The notes: generated from the sequence alone by a model not told the origin. DNA of 64,000 bases from a virus (IMGVR_UViG_3300009784_000001:118418-182417); one strand, 5' to 3'; numbered from the stretch's first letter, positions 17,148 to 27,835 are shown. Translations and numbers: made by a program.

Positions 17148-17222
17148 TTAATCATTTTTATAATGTAATTCTCTATGACAATTAGCACGTACTAATTTTA
17201 TTTCATTAGTTAATTCCTTCAT
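17148..17222 (-). pseudogene. 24-aa relic of an HNH endonuclease C-terminus
   Basis: MKELTNEIKLVRANCHRELHYKND resembles the CANCHRExH end of HNH nucleases; its stop abuts the tRNA 5' end. Confidence 0.45.
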
Positions 17223-17242
17223 ATTTATTGTATATAACAATA

Positions 17243-17274
17243 CAAAGATACAATATTATTTTTAATTATCCAAA
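17243..17274 (-). promoter_or_regulatory. Bacteroidota primary-sigma promoter
   Basis: Minus strand TTTG-N20-TATCTTTG, upstream of the tRNA unit. Confidence 0.75.
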
Positions 17275-17313
17275 TAGAAAGATATATAAATATTTATATA
17301 AAAATATAATTCT

Positions 17314-19710
17314 ATGAAATTAATAGATAAAAGTAAAATAAAGCTAAAAGAAGATAGCACCCCAGTTACATACAGCATTGTTCCAAAAAATCAAGATGCT
17401 CAAAGCAGAAATGCTGATCAACAAATTAGTGCTTTAAAAGGGAAAGTACAGCCTAATGATGATATAACTGTTGATCCACAAGCAGTAAATGAAGAAACAG
17501 AAGAAGAATATTACAATCGTTTATCTAAAAATCAAGATGAAGATTTTATAAAACAAGAAGATGAATATTTTAATAGTTTAAAAGATGAATATCAAAATGA
17601 TAAAAAAGTTCTTCCATATGGATATACCATTGATAAAGATGGAGTTGTATATAAAAATAGAAAACTTTATGGATATTGGTCTCCTATAGAACAAAGGATA
17701 AAAGGTATGTATGAAAGAAAAATGACAAAAGGTGAAATAGAAAGAAGTAAATTAAAGAACAAAATGAAAAATGAATCTGTTTTGATAAGTAAAAATAAAT
17801 TTAATAAATTACTTATTAAAGAAAATATAAATGACCCATATATTGATTATTTTAAAGATTTAATTGACACTGAATATGCTAAAAGTGGTGTTAGTAGAAG
17901 AGATTTAGCAAGATTAACTTCTTTAGGAATACCTTTCAATAATGTAGGAGAATTAATAAATTTATTTAATAATGATGAAACATATCATACTACACAATGG
18001 ATTGAAAGAGTATTACCTTCCTTAAAAATAATTAATAAAAAAGGACTTACTGATGAAGCAAATATAAAAAAGATACAAGATTTGGCTAATACAGTAGGAG
18101 CAAGTGGTATATCTAATAAATTTTCCAATAAAATTGATTATCATTTGGGAAATGAAGGCTCTTATGACCAGTTACAAAGAGGAGATGCTTCAAGTCAATT
18201 TAATGTTGGCGCAGTTCAATCTGCCGAAAAAACAAAAGAACAATCATTAAATGATTTTATAAAATTTCAAGTGGACAAACTTAAAAAAGGAGAAGAAATA
18301 TCTCCTGAAAGTAAAATGAGAATTATGCAACAAATTTCTTTAAATAGAGAAGACCCAAGAGCGTTAACAAGAAAAGAACCTGATAAAGCTACTCAACTTC
18401 AATTAAGAAAAATGTTAAATAATCCAAATCTAAATGATGAAACAAGACAATCTCTTCAAAATACATTAAATAGCTTAGAACAACAGCAAGGAGGAGCAGT
18501 TACTAAAAGCAATTGGGGAGAAGATAAAGTAGATCCTAATATATTATTACAATATGCGGCTTTAACAAATGACTTTGATTTAGTTGATAAAGCATTTAAT
18601 TTGATTAATAGAGATGTAACAGCAAATAAACAAGGGAGAGGACAAGGAGGAAGATTTGGTACAAAGTTATCAAAAGAATTATTAAATAATCCAAAAATAA
18701 GTGATACAATGAAACAAACATTAATAGGAAAAGGATTGAAGGAGCACAAAATTTTAATTATAAACAATAAGCAAGTTAAAGTATTAAAAGAACATTTTAA
18801 CAAATTAAATGAAGAATATTTTTCTCCTATTGATAAAGAAATTATGAGTGATATAAATACAGCTTTAAGTAATACTAATATGCAAGCAACATATATTACA
18901 AATAGTATGGAAAGAAATTCAGCTATGAAAATAGTAGATATTGAAAATATGTCAGATATTAATTCTTTAATGCCTCTTTTAAGAAATTCTTTAGGAGATA
19001 AATACAATTTTAGTGTACGTGATAGAAATTCTATTTTTGTTAAACAAAAACCAGTAATAAGTAATGAAGGTCCAAATGCTTGGAATAATATACCAGAAAA
19101 TAAAATGATTTCTTTATCCAAAAAACAATTGATTGAGAAAATATTAAGAGAACAGGAACAAACCTGGAAATATAATGATTTGGAAATAACTCCTGATGAA
19201 TTGGATAATGTAGCTTTAAATGCTGCTGAAAACTATTGGTATGATAAAATGAATGGTAATAGACCAACAAGTGCAATGAGAGAATTTTTTGATAATTTTG
19301 GAGAAACTGATCAAGATGCTACAATTTATGAAGATTTATTTCAGACATTTTTAAGTCTTTATGCAAAACATAAAAGTGATCCTGAAATACAAGAGAAATA
19401 TCAAGAACGAGATGAAGAAGCAGAATATGCAGAATTTTTAAGTAAATATGATAGTGATGAGAAAATAGTAGCAGCATTATCTCTTGATTTTCCTGATATT
19501 GATTGGCAACTTTTAGATGAAGTAGTAAAGTTTCATAATAAAATGTTCAATATGCCAGCATCTTATGAAAAATATGAAGCAATATGGAAATCATTAAGAC
19601 CAATGGTTAAAAATTATGAAGATATAAATACATTTCTTAGAAATTATTTAAATAGTTATAACAGAATAAATACTACTGAATCTAAAAAGATAATTAAACC
19701 AAAATTGTGA
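17314..19710 (+). CDS. Large modular hypothetical protein, putative internal head protein
   Basis: 798 aa; several x-K/N-E sites and internal leader-like segments (ILIINNKQVKVLKE, MISLSKKQLIEKILRE); TATTTAT upstream. Confidence 0.6.
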   Translation: MKLIDKSKIKLKEDSTPVTYSIVPKNQDAQSRNADQQISALKGKVQPNDDITVDPQAVNEETEEEYYNRLSKNQDEDFIKQEDEYFNSLKDEYQNDKKVLPYGYTIDKDGVVYKNRKLYGYWSPIEQRIKGMYERKMTKGEIERSKLKNKMKNESVLISKNKFNKLLIKENINDPYIDYFKDLIDTEYAKSGVSRRDLARLTSLGIPFNNVGELINLFNNDETYHTTQWIERVLPSLKIINKKGLTDEANIKKIQDLANTVGASGISNKFSNKIDYHLGNEGSYDQLQRGDASSQFNVGAVQSAEKTKEQSLNDFIKFQVDKLKKGEEISPESKMRIMQQISLNREDPRALTRKEPDKATQLQLRKMLNNPNLNDETRQSLQNTLNSLEQQQGGAVTKSNWGEDKVDPNILLQYAALTNDFDLVDKAFNLINRDVTANKQGRGQGGRFGTKLSKELLNNPKISDTMKQTLIGKGLKEHKILIINNKQVKVLKEHFNKLNEEYFSPIDKEIMSDINTALSNTNMQATYITNSMERNSAMKIVDIENMSDINSLMPLLRNSLGDKYNFSVRDRNSIFVKQKPVISNEGPNAWNNIPENKMISLSKKQLIEKILREQEQTWKYNDLEITPDELDNVALNAAENYWYDKMNGNRPTSAMREFFDNFGETDQDATIYEDLFQTFLSLYAKHKSDPEIQEKYQERDEEAEYAEFLSKYDSDEKIVAALSLDFPDIDWQLLDEVVKFHNKMFNMPASYEKYEAIWKSLRPMVKNYEDINTFLRNYLNSYNRINTTESKKIIKPKL

Positions 19711-20900
19711 AAAAAGTTATATTAACTGAAAATCAAAGAAAAATAATTCAAGAATACATAGAAAGTAACTTGAAAATAGGACTACCCAAAGAAATTGTTA
19801 AAGCCATTGAACTAAACAAAACTTCTTTGGGTAATCACCCTTCCTTCCCACCTGAAGATGAAAAAAAGTTTGAATATAAGTTATTATTAAAAAGATATGA
19901 ACAAGTTTTATCCAATCTAAATAAATTATATCCTGACCAACAAAATACTGATATCCCATTTTTCAAAACTGAATTAAGTAAGTTGTTAAAAGAATGTAAT
20001 GAATTGGAAAGACCAATTAAATCACAACTGGAAGAGTTATGTATTGCAACCATAAAAAAAATATTCAACATTGATAAAAATGATGTATTATTGAATGTTG
20101 AATTGGTTGATAGTATAACAAAATCGGATATAAAAATACCATTGCAACCAGAATCTGTTGATGATATTGAATTTGATGGTATTGAAGAAATACATGGGAT
20201 TAATGACGAAATATACAAAAGGAGAATGGTAGATTGTTTAATGGAAGGTATATCTGATTGGTATATTCATAATTCTATCCCAATTCAAGACATATATAAG
20301 TTAAATCCTAAATTGATATTTGTATATCCATCTATGTGTGTTATAAATGATTATTTGTCATATAATGAGAACATAAATTCATATAATGAACAAAAAATAA
20401 TGCAAGGAAGTACTTCTGAAGTGATAGTTAAGAAGAATGATAGAAGTGTTGTGAATGTAAAGGGAGTTAATTTTATTGCTTTATTGTATGAAACAATCAA
20501 AGCAATGTTCGATTTAATTTCATTTAATGGATTACCAAATAATACAGATAAAATGAAATATATTCTGAAAAAATCAGATTTTATGTTGGCTTCTGGTTGG
20601 GATATGTTGTTTGGTAGACCATTGTGGGATTTAATTGCAGATAAAACAACAGGATTAAAAGAAAACTGGGATGATTTAGTACCATTTTTATTTTATGAAA
20701 TAATAACAAAACCAGTCCCTGAATTTAATGAGGCTTTACAAAATATATTTGCTAATACAAAAAAAGGAAAAGAATTAGTATCTTCATTATGTGATGGTAT
20801 TAGATATAATTTAGATAAAGAAAATTTTGATGATAAGATAAATAAAGAAAAACAAATTTATCTTAATGATAATGAATATTATTCAATAAATGATTTTTAA
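19707..20900 (+). CDS. Hypothetical head-associated protein
   Basis: 397 aa; leader MKKVILTENQRKIIQE; GNHP motif shared with 10442..12088. Confidence 0.6.
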   Translation: MKKVILTENQRKIIQEYIESNLKIGLPKEIVKAIELNKTSLGNHPSFPPEDEKKFEYKLLLKRYEQVLSNLNKLYPDQQNTDIPFFKTELSKLLKECNELERPIKSQLEELCIATIKKIFNIDKNDVLLNVELVDSITKSDIKIPLQPESVDDIEFDGIEEIHGINDEIYKRRMVDCLMEGISDWYIHNSIPIQDIYKLNPKLIFVYPSMCVINDYLSYNENINSYNEQKIMQGSTSEVIVKKNDRSVVNVKGVNFIALLYETIKAMFDLISFNGLPNNTDKMKYILKKSDFMLASGWDMLFGRPLWDLIADKTTGLKENWDDLVPFLFYEIITKPVPEFNEALQNIFANTKKGKELVSSLCDGIRYNLDKENFDDKINKEKQIYLNDNEYYSINDF

Positions 20901-20911
20901 ATATAGAAAAA

Positions 20912-21187
20912 ATGAAAGCAAAAGATTTGCGTAAACTTGTAGAAGAAATAGTTGGAGAGTCTATTTTAAAAGAAGAAACATTAAAATTAACACAAGTTAT
21001 ACAAGAGGTATCACAAAGTTTAAGAGAATTTCAGAATACATTAAAAACTCTTAGTTCTATGACACAATCACAAGGGAGCTATGAGGGAAGTATGTTTCCA
21101 TTTTGTAATGAAATGATACAAGAAACTAATGTTAATCTTAATGGTTTAAGACAATGGTATAATTATTTTTCTAAAAAAGGAATGTAA
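20912..21187 (+). CDS. Small helical hypothetical protein
   Basis: 91 aa directly before the terminase; DLRKLVEEIVGESILKEE leader-like segment. Confidence 0.55.
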   Translation: MKAKDLRKLVEEIVGESILKEETLKLTQVIQEVSQSLREFQNTLKTLSSMTQSQGSYEGSMFPFCNEMIQETNVNLNGLRQWYNYFSKKGM

Positions 21188-21193
21188 TTTATT

Positions 21194-23134
21194 ATGCTAG
21201 TAGATGTAAAAAAAATACATGAAGAATATATCAAGTGTTACACTAATCAGAGTCGCATTTATATGATAGAGAATTATTTTAGAACTTTTGATGGCTCACA
21301 GGAAAATATAGTAGCATTTAATTTATTTCCAAGACAAAAAGAGTTCTTAACTAATATGACATTATATGATGGTAATATTACGTTAAAACCAAGACAAACT
21401 GGCTACAGTACAGTAACTTGTGCTAAAATAGCATGTGAAATGATTTTAGCAAATGAAGAAAAACCATTGAATATATTAGTTATAGCACAGAATCTTAAAA
21501 AAGCACAAGAAAATGCTGCATTGATAAAGCAATTTATTAAACAAATCCCTTTATGGTTTTTTGGTAAAGAATATATACCAACAACAAAAGCAGAAGAAAA
21601 ACAAATGTGGAAAAAAATTTTGGTAAAAAATACAATGACAGATATAGAATTGAATAACGGTTCAAAGGTATATGTTAGAGCAGCCACACCAAATGCTTCC
21701 AATGGTATATCAGCAGTTTCCATACTTTTCTGTGATGAAGCAGCATATTTTGAAAATGGTATGTCTGTTTTCACAGAAGCTATCCGAACAACATCTACTA
21801 TAAAAGATAAATTAGTCATAATGGTTTCTACACCAAATGGTAGAGATGAATTATACTATGAATATTATCATAATGCTTTAAAAGGAAAAAATGGATTTAA
21901 AGTTACTGAAACCAGATGGACAGATGATCCAAGATATAATAGATTTTTAAAATTTCATAAGGAAATTATAAAAATCAGAGAAAATGGAGAAGAATATATA
22001 GATACAGAATGGCTTGAAGAAGAAACAATAGATAAAAAAGGAAATGTTTTGTGGCAGCCAGAGAAATGGAAAAAACTTGAAGGTGAAGGATGGAAAGCAA
22101 CAAGCCCATGGTATATTAAATCTTGTTTAGAAAATAATAATGACAGAAGATCCATTGCTCAATCTCTTGAATGTAGTTTTATTGGTTCTGATGCTATTGC
22201 TGTTGAGCCAAAAATAATTGATATGCAAAAAAACTTAAATGTTTCTGATCAATATAAAACCGACCCTTTACAACCAGATACTTGGATATGGAAGCCTCCA
22301 ATTTCAGGACATAGATATATTATGTCAATAGATGGAAGTAGAGGAGATGCAGGAGATAATGCAACAATTGAAATTAATGATATAGATGCCATAGATGAAC
22401 ATAATAATCCATGTATTGAGCAAGTACTTGAATATTCAGGGAAAATGGCTATGGATTTAATTGGAGAGTTAGCATATAAATATGGCTTGTTATATAATAA
22501 TGCTTTTTGTGTTGCAGATGCGATTGGAGGTTATGGAGATGCAGCAATTTTAGTTATGTTAAGAATGGATTACCCCAATCTATATTATGATACTATTACT
22601 GGAAAAGATTATTTGATAGATACTAATTTAACTTCTTTCCAACCAAATAAAGATGGGCAATTACCAGGATTTCATTCAAAAGGAGTAAGAAATTTTATGA
22701 TACAAAATTTCATTAATAAATTAAGAGATAATGTAATGAAAATTAGATCAACAAGAGTTATCAGTGAACTTGAAACATGGATTATAAACAGTACTGGAAA
22801 AATTGAACATAAAAGTGGCAAACATGATGATACTTTAACTAATTTAGCAATGAATTTATTTGTTTATGAAAATAATTTTCTTAAATTAGAAAAGCAAAAG
22901 GAATTAGATAAAGCAATTATAAAAAGTTGGATAAACTCATTAAGCAATCCAGTTAAACCAATAAAAACAGAAGATTCAACAATAAAATATATTGAGCCAA
23001 ATAAGTATCTTGATTCAAAAATATATAATTCAAGTAATATGGGAATCAAAAAGAATCCTTATATGTGGGTATTTAGTAAAGATTTAAATAAGCAACAATA
23101 TAGAAATCCATATTATACTTATAGATATAAGTAA
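21194..23134 (+). CDS. gp17: Terminase large subunit
   Basis: LKPRQTGYST (Walker A region), ILFCDEAAYF (Walker B), MVSTPNG (coupling motif), nuclease YIMSIDGSRG and KHDDTL. Confidence 0.93.
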   Translation: MLVDVKKIHEEYIKCYTNQSRIYMIENYFRTFDGSQENIVAFNLFPRQKEFLTNMTLYDGNITLKPRQTGYSTVTCAKIACEMILANEEKPLNILVIAQNLKKAQENAALIKQFIKQIPLWFFGKEYIPTTKAEEKQMWKKILVKNTMTDIELNNGSKVYVRAATPNASNGISAVSILFCDEAAYFENGMSVFTEAIRTTSTIKDKLVIMVSTPNGRDELYYEYYHNALKGKNGFKVTETRWTDDPRYNRFLKFHKEIIKIRENGEEYIDTEWLEEETIDKKGNVLWQPEKWKKLEGEGWKATSPWYIKSCLENNNDRRSIAQSLECSFIGSDAIAVEPKIIDMQKNLNVSDQYKTDPLQPDTWIWKPPISGHRYIMSIDGSRGDAGDNATIEINDIDAIDEHNNPCIEQVLEYSGKMAMDLIGELAYKYGLLYNNAFCVADAIGGYGDAAILVMLRMDYPNLYYDTITGKDYLIDTNLTSFQPNKDGQLPGFHSKGVRNFMIQNFINKLRDNVMKIRSTRVISELETWIINSTGKIEHKSGKHDDTLTNLAMNLFVYENNFLKLEKQKELDKAIIKSWINSLSNPVKPIKTEDSTIKYIEPNKYLDSKIYNSSNMGIKKNPYMWVFSKDLNKQQYRNPYYTYRYK

Positions 23135-23145
23135 AAATTTAAAAT

Positions 23146-23274
23146 TTATTTTTTCTTTTCAACAGAACATCTATCTTTTTTCTTTTTTAAAAAATAAAAA
23201 TTATAAATAAGATATGAAATTGTAAGTAAAGAAGCTGTTATACTTAAAATAAGAGTAACTGTATTTATGGTCAT
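23146..23274 (-). CDS. 42-aa single-pass membrane peptide (not in ORF track)
   Basis: Manual translation MTINTVTLILSITASLLTISYLIYNFYFLKKKKDRCSVEKKK: hydrophobic helix plus basic tail. Confidence 0.4.
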   Translation of the reverse strand: MTINTVTLILSITASLLTISYLIYNFYFLKKKKDRCSVEKKK

Positions 23275-23322
23275 TTGTTTATTCTTTTTTTTATTTTAAA
23301 ATAAATATTTTGAAAATAAGTT

Positions 23323-23625
23323 TTATTTTTTTTCCATAAGTTTTATTTTTTTATTCAACTTTTTTATCTTTAATTGTTGTATTAAATTAACAATAAAATC
23401 TTGTTGTGTTCTAATTTCCATTCCTGGTTCATATTTTCTATAAAAATCAATTATAACTCCATCAATTTTATCAATTTCTTCAATAGTATCAACCAAATCT
23501 ATTGAATGAGATATTACTTTGGCTTCATCTTCAACTTTTTCAGCCCATTTTTGGTTTTTAGTTATGACATATACCATATATCCCATGACTAAAAATACAA
23601 CCGAAATAAATATTATATAAAGCAT
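23323..23625 (-). CDS. Small membrane-anchored protein
   Basis: N-terminal hydrophobic helix MLYIIFISVVFLVMGYMVYVI. Confidence 0.6.
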   Translation of the reverse strand: MLYIIFISVVFLVMGYMVYVITKNQKWAEKVEDEAKVISHSIDLVDTIEEIDKIDGVIIDFYRKYEPGMEIRTQQDFIVNLIQQLKIKKLNKKIKLMEKK

Positions 23626-23630
23626 ATTAT

Positions 23631-24524
23631 TTATTGTTTTTTATTTTTATTAACATATTCATTCCACCATCTTGAAAACATAAATGGTAATATTCTATCA
23701 TCATTAAATCCATATAATCCACAAGAGAAGAAATCATGTATTTCAATTATAGAAGTTAGATATTTTCTACTTCTTCCAATTGGCATAAATTCTTTTTTAT
23801 CCCTACCATGCGGAATCCATCCATAATCATAACTATCTAATTCATGTATTCCAACATCTAATGTATAAGCAACAGGAGCAGTTTTTTCATATACTTTAAC
23901 TATCTTTGTAATTATATCCTTATCAGGAAATAACCAATAATTACCAGCATAATGCTTTAATCCAACTATATCATTTTTATAAACAAATATTCTATATTCT
24001 GATTCAAAATCTACATATTCTGAAAAAAAGAACATATCATTTTGTTTATTTTCTTCAAAAATAATATCATTTGTTTCACCCCATTCTGTTGTTGGAACAA
24101 ACTCTTTTTCATTATGAATTATACCTGTATATTTTTTTAATTGTGATACATTTTTAACAAAAATAGGATAAGTAAAAAGATCAGGTTGCTTTATTCCTTC
24201 AAAGGGGTAAGTTTCATAACCTATTCTTCTATTTAAGAAATCAGATTTACATAATTCAAAAGGTATTTGAATGGGTTCATAAATAATTCCATATACTTCT
24301 TTTAGCCATTCAGTAACAAATTCAACACTTCCAACAGGAATTAATTCTTTCATTTTCTTGTCAGAAAAAGATGGAATATCATTATTACTTTTGGATTTAT
24401 ATAATTCGTATCCAATGGTACAATCTTTATCATTCCATCTTTGATAGCCAATAGAATCAATTAATGTTCTTGCAAAATCAAATGTAATATTTCCTAATAT
24501 ATCAGTTTCAATACAAAATTTCAT
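23631..24524 (-). CDS. ATP-grasp domain protein (DUF4343/R2K type)
   Basis: PVGSVEFV, IFVKNV.QLKKYTG, FSEYVDFESEYRIFV, YTLDVG, IIEIHDFFSCGLYG. Confidence 0.75.
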   Translation of the reverse strand: MKFCIETDILGNITFDFARTLIDSIGYQRWNDKDCTIGYELYKSKSNNDIPSFSDKKMKELIPVGSVEFVTEWLKEVYGIIYEPIQIPFELCKSDFLNRRIGYETYPFEGIKQPDLFTYPIFVKNVSQLKKYTGIIHNEKEFVPTTEWGETNDIIFEENKQNDMFFFSEYVDFESEYRIFVYKNDIVGLKHYAGNYWLFPDKDIITKIVKVYEKTAPVAYTLDVGIHELDSYDYGWIPHGRDKKEFMPIGRSRKYLTSIIEIHDFFSCGLYGFNDDRILPFMFSRWWNEYVNKNKKQ

Positions 24525-24715
24525 ATTTCAATTTTCTTAAATTTGTGTGTAAACTCATTCTTTTCTCTTACAAAAACACCACAACCATTATTATCTTTTT
24601 TATCTCCAATATAACAAACCATTATTTGTCCATCTTGTTCATTTGTAGCATTTATTATGTTATCTGATAATACATAATAAATTCTTCCTGACTTTATGTG
24701 TTTATACTTTTCCAT
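24521..24715 (-). CDS. DUF1653-like small protein
   Basis: MEKYKHIKSGRIYYVL...NATN...MVCY...VFVREKNEF; ATG at 24715 preferred because the track's TTG start lies inside the promoter. Confidence 0.65.
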   Translation of the reverse strand: MEKYKHIKSGRIYYVLSDNIINATNEQDGQIMVCYIGDKKDNNGCGVFVREKNEFTHKFKKIEI

Positions 24716-24736
24716 TTTTAGCTGAATACAATAATA

Positions 24737-24768
24737 CAAAGATACAGATAATTATTGAATTAACCAAG
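24737..24768 (-). promoter_or_regulatory. Bacteroidota primary-sigma promoter
   Basis: Minus strand CTTG-N20-TATCTTTG upstream of the DUF1653/ATP-grasp operon. Confidence 0.7.
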
Positions 24769-24804
24769 GAACTATTTATATTATAATTAAATAATCATTA
24801 TAAT

Positions 24805-26865
24805 ATGGCAGATAAAGAAATAAAATCAAATAGATTACAAACTATATATCAAGCTCTTAATAGAACATTAAATGGATGGAATACTGGTAGTTTTACAACA
24901 AATGTAAAAACAGCAAACAATTCCAATACTTATAATTATGGTCAAGATATATTATTAAAAACTACTGATAAAACAGAATATGATAAAACAAAACTCCAAG
25001 CAAAACAAGATAAATATTTAGCTAATAAATGGTACACAGGTAATATACAAACAAATATCAGTACATTGAATAATATGAATCTTGTTGATTTACTATACAG
25101 GGATGTAGAATTAATGTCATCAAGACCTGAAATCAGTGCTGCTCTAGATATCTTTATGGAAGAAAGTGTAAATATCGGTGCTGATGGTAATTTAATTAAC
25201 ATATATTCCAAATCACCTCGTATTAAACAAATACTGGAAGATTTATTCATTAACAGATTACAAATTCATATTACTTTGCCTACTATCTGTAGAACAATGT
25301 GTAAATATGGAAATGCTTTTCAACATTTAAATATAAACAGTAAAAATGGAGTTATTGCTTGGAGAGAATTACCAACAGTAGAAATAAAAAGATTTGAAAA
25401 TCAATATCCTTATGGTTTTGTTGCACAAAATATGGGTGATAAAAATAATGATGATTTAGCACCTCATTTTGAATGGATGGGTGCAGGAACTCAAATGCCA
25501 TTTCGCCAGTGGGAAATATCTCACTTTAGATTGCTAAATGATTCGTTCTACAAACCTTATGGATGCTCAGTATTAAATGGAGCTAGGCGCCATTGGAGGC
25601 TTTTAAGTTTAATGGAAGATGCTATGTTAATTTATAGAATAGAAAAAGCATTTGAAAGAAGAGTATTTAAAATAGATGTAGGTGGAATTGATCCATCAGA
25701 TGTCCAAGCATTTGTACAAGAAATTGCTAATAACTTTAAAAGAAGTATTGTAGTTGATCCTTTAACAGGACAACTTGATTTAAGACAGAACATAATGTCA
25801 GTGAATCAAGATTTCTTTATTCCTGTAAGAGGTACTAATCAAGGAACTACAATAGAATCACTTCCAGCGGGTACTAATTTAGACAAAATTGAAGATTTAG
25901 AATATATCCATAATCAAATGTTATCTGCTTTAAGAATTCCTAAACCATTTTTGGGATTTGAAGAAGCTAAAGGAAATGGAAAAAATTTAAGTACACTAGA
26001 TATTCGTTTTTCAAGAGTTGTTAATCGTATTCAACAAGCATTAATAATGGAAATGAATAAAGTTGCAATTATTCATTTATATTTATTAGGATTTGATGAT
26101 GATTTGAATAATTTCACTATTACAATGAATAATCCTTCTACACAAGCTGAAATATTAAGGATTGAAGAAATGCAAAAGAAAATCTTATTATTGAAAGATG
26201 CTTTGGGTGATAGTGGAAATGGATTGCCAATTATGTCTTATAGATATGCTTTAAAAACTATAATGAAATTTTCTGATGAAGAAATTAGTGATATGTTAAA
26301 TGATATAAGATTAGAAAAAGCCTTAAGTGCTGAATTAGCATTTACTTCTCAAATTATACAAAGAACTGGCATATTTGATAAAATAGATAAATTATATGGT
26401 GCACCAAATGCACAGTATAAAGGAATTGAAAATAGCGGAACAGATGGAGTTGAAGGCACTAACATTGGTGGTGGTGGAGGCGGTGGTATGATGATGGGAA
26501 GTGATATGGGTGATGAAGGTGGCGGATTAGGAGAAAGTGATTTTGGAACTGCTCCAGAAATTGGAGGAGAAACAATGCAAGGACAAACTGAAACTGCACC
26601 AGTAGGAGAAGCTAAAGTAAATTTGGATAAAGTAAATAAATTACTTGTTGAAAGAATAGAAACAATGAAAAAAGATATACAAAATAGTATATCTACAAAA
26701 TTGCATACATACACAGATTTATATATTAAAAAATTAAAAGAAAATAAAGAAGAAAAAATTGAAAATAAAATGACACAAAATGTGGAAATTTTTGACAAGA
26801 ATTTCTTGATGAATGAAGAATATAATAAATTGGAGAAAGGGTTAGACAAATATCTTAAAGATTAA
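24805..26865 (+). CDS. gp20: Portal protein, T4 gp20-like
   Basis: PEISAALDIFMEE, LMEDAMLIYRI...RRVFKIDVG, QDFFIP.RG..GTTIESLPAG.NL..IEDLEY, LRIPK. Confidence 0.93.
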   Translation: MADKEIKSNRLQTIYQALNRTLNGWNTGSFTTNVKTANNSNTYNYGQDILLKTTDKTEYDKTKLQAKQDKYLANKWYTGNIQTNISTLNNMNLVDLLYRDVELMSSRPEISAALDIFMEESVNIGADGNLINIYSKSPRIKQILEDLFINRLQIHITLPTICRTMCKYGNAFQHLNINSKNGVIAWRELPTVEIKRFENQYPYGFVAQNMGDKNNDDLAPHFEWMGAGTQMPFRQWEISHFRLLNDSFYKPYGCSVLNGARRHWRLLSLMEDAMLIYRIEKAFERRVFKIDVGGIDPSDVQAFVQEIANNFKRSIVVDPLTGQLDLRQNIMSVNQDFFIPVRGTNQGTTIESLPAGTNLDKIEDLEYIHNQMLSALRIPKPFLGFEEAKGNGKNLSTLDIRFSRVVNRIQQALIMEMNKVAIIHLYLLGFDDDLNNFTITMNNPSTQAEILRIEEMQKKILLLKDALGDSGNGLPIMSYRYALKTIMKFSDEEISDMLNDIRLEKALSAELAFTSQIIQRTGIFDKIDKLYGAPNAQYKGIENSGTDGVEGTNIGGGGGGGMMMGSDMGDEGGGLGESDFGTAPEIGGETMQGQTETAPVGEAKVNLDKVNKLLVERIETMKKDIQNSISTKLHTYTDLYIKKLKENKEEKIENKMTQNVEIFDKNFLMNEEYNKLEKGLDKYLKD

Positions 26866-26890
26866 ATATTTATATAAAATAATAAATTAC

Positions 26891-27835
26891 ATGAAAAGTT
26901 TTAATGAATTAAACAACATATTTGAAAATCATATTTCTCAACTTTATAGTACAGAAGAAGGAAGAAAAGTAATTACTAAATATTTAAAACTTATTAAAGA
27001 AAATGAAATATTAAAAGAACAATATAAACTATTCAATCAGTTAAAGGAGGGAGTTAGTGAAAATTTCAAAGCAAAAACAAATCTTGTTGAAGAATATGTT
27101 TCTTATATTCCTACTTTATTTGAAAAGTATACAAAAAAACAAATTGCAGAATCAAATGAAAAATTATATCAATTTTTGAAAGAGTATACCCCAGATTTCC
27201 ATGCTAATTATAGAGCAGATAGAGATAAGATAATGGGATTTCAAGGTCCTGTGAAAGATACAACTCCAGTAGGAAAATTAGATTATTTTGATTGGGCTGA
27301 TGAAATGGGGTATGACATTGCCAATAATGATTATCATAAATTATATAATGAATATTTAAATGAATCTAAAATATTAAAAGCTGCTGAATATCTTATTTAT
27401 GAAGGAAAAACTAATCTTGAAGAATATATTAATCAAAAAAATGTATTAATTGAAGAATTAAAAACAAAAAACAAAAATGTTCAAGAAGAAAAAAGAACAT
27501 TAGATGAAATGTTATCTGACTTTAATGAAAAATATGAAGGAAAATTAACAAATGAAGAAATATCAATTATTAAAGAATTAATATTATCTACTGACAAAAA
27601 TAAAAAGAAAGAAGCATTAAAAGAATATCAAAAAGATTGTTTGAAAGATTTGAATGTTGTATTACAAGAATGTTCTGATACAGATATTAAAGAACGATTA
27701 TTGTCTTTGAAAGAACAGGTTTTATTTGATAGAGATAATAGTCTAAATGAAAATATTATTAAATTAAATGAAATAAAAAATGTCTTGAAAGAGTTCAAAC
27801 TTGATAAAGATGAGGAAGATATGTCCAATGAATGA
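26891..27835 (+). CDS. Hypothetical helical protein, likely head morphogenesis
   Basis: 314 aa directly after the portal gene, with its own TATTTAT motif. Confidence 0.6.
   Translation: MKSFNELNNIFENHISQLYSTEEGRKVITKYLKLIKENEILKEQYKLFNQLKEGVSENFKAKTNLVEEYVSYIPTLFEKYTKKQIAESNEKLYQFLKEYTPDFHANYRADRDKIMGFQGPVKDTTPVGKLDYFDWADEMGYDIANNDYHKLYNEYLNESKILKAAEYLIYEGKTNLEEYINQKNVLIEELKTKNKNVQEEKRTLDEMLSDFNEKYEGKLTNEEISIIKELILSTDKNKKKEALKEYQKDCLKDLNVVLQECSDTDIKERLLSLKEQVLFDRDNSLNENIIKLNEIKNVLKEFKLDKDEEDMSNE

Noticed and set aside
21194-23134. Intein or intron in the terminase or capsid gene
   Set aside because: No C/S...HN-C/S/T splice motifs or LAGLIDADG block seen, and the reading frames are continuous
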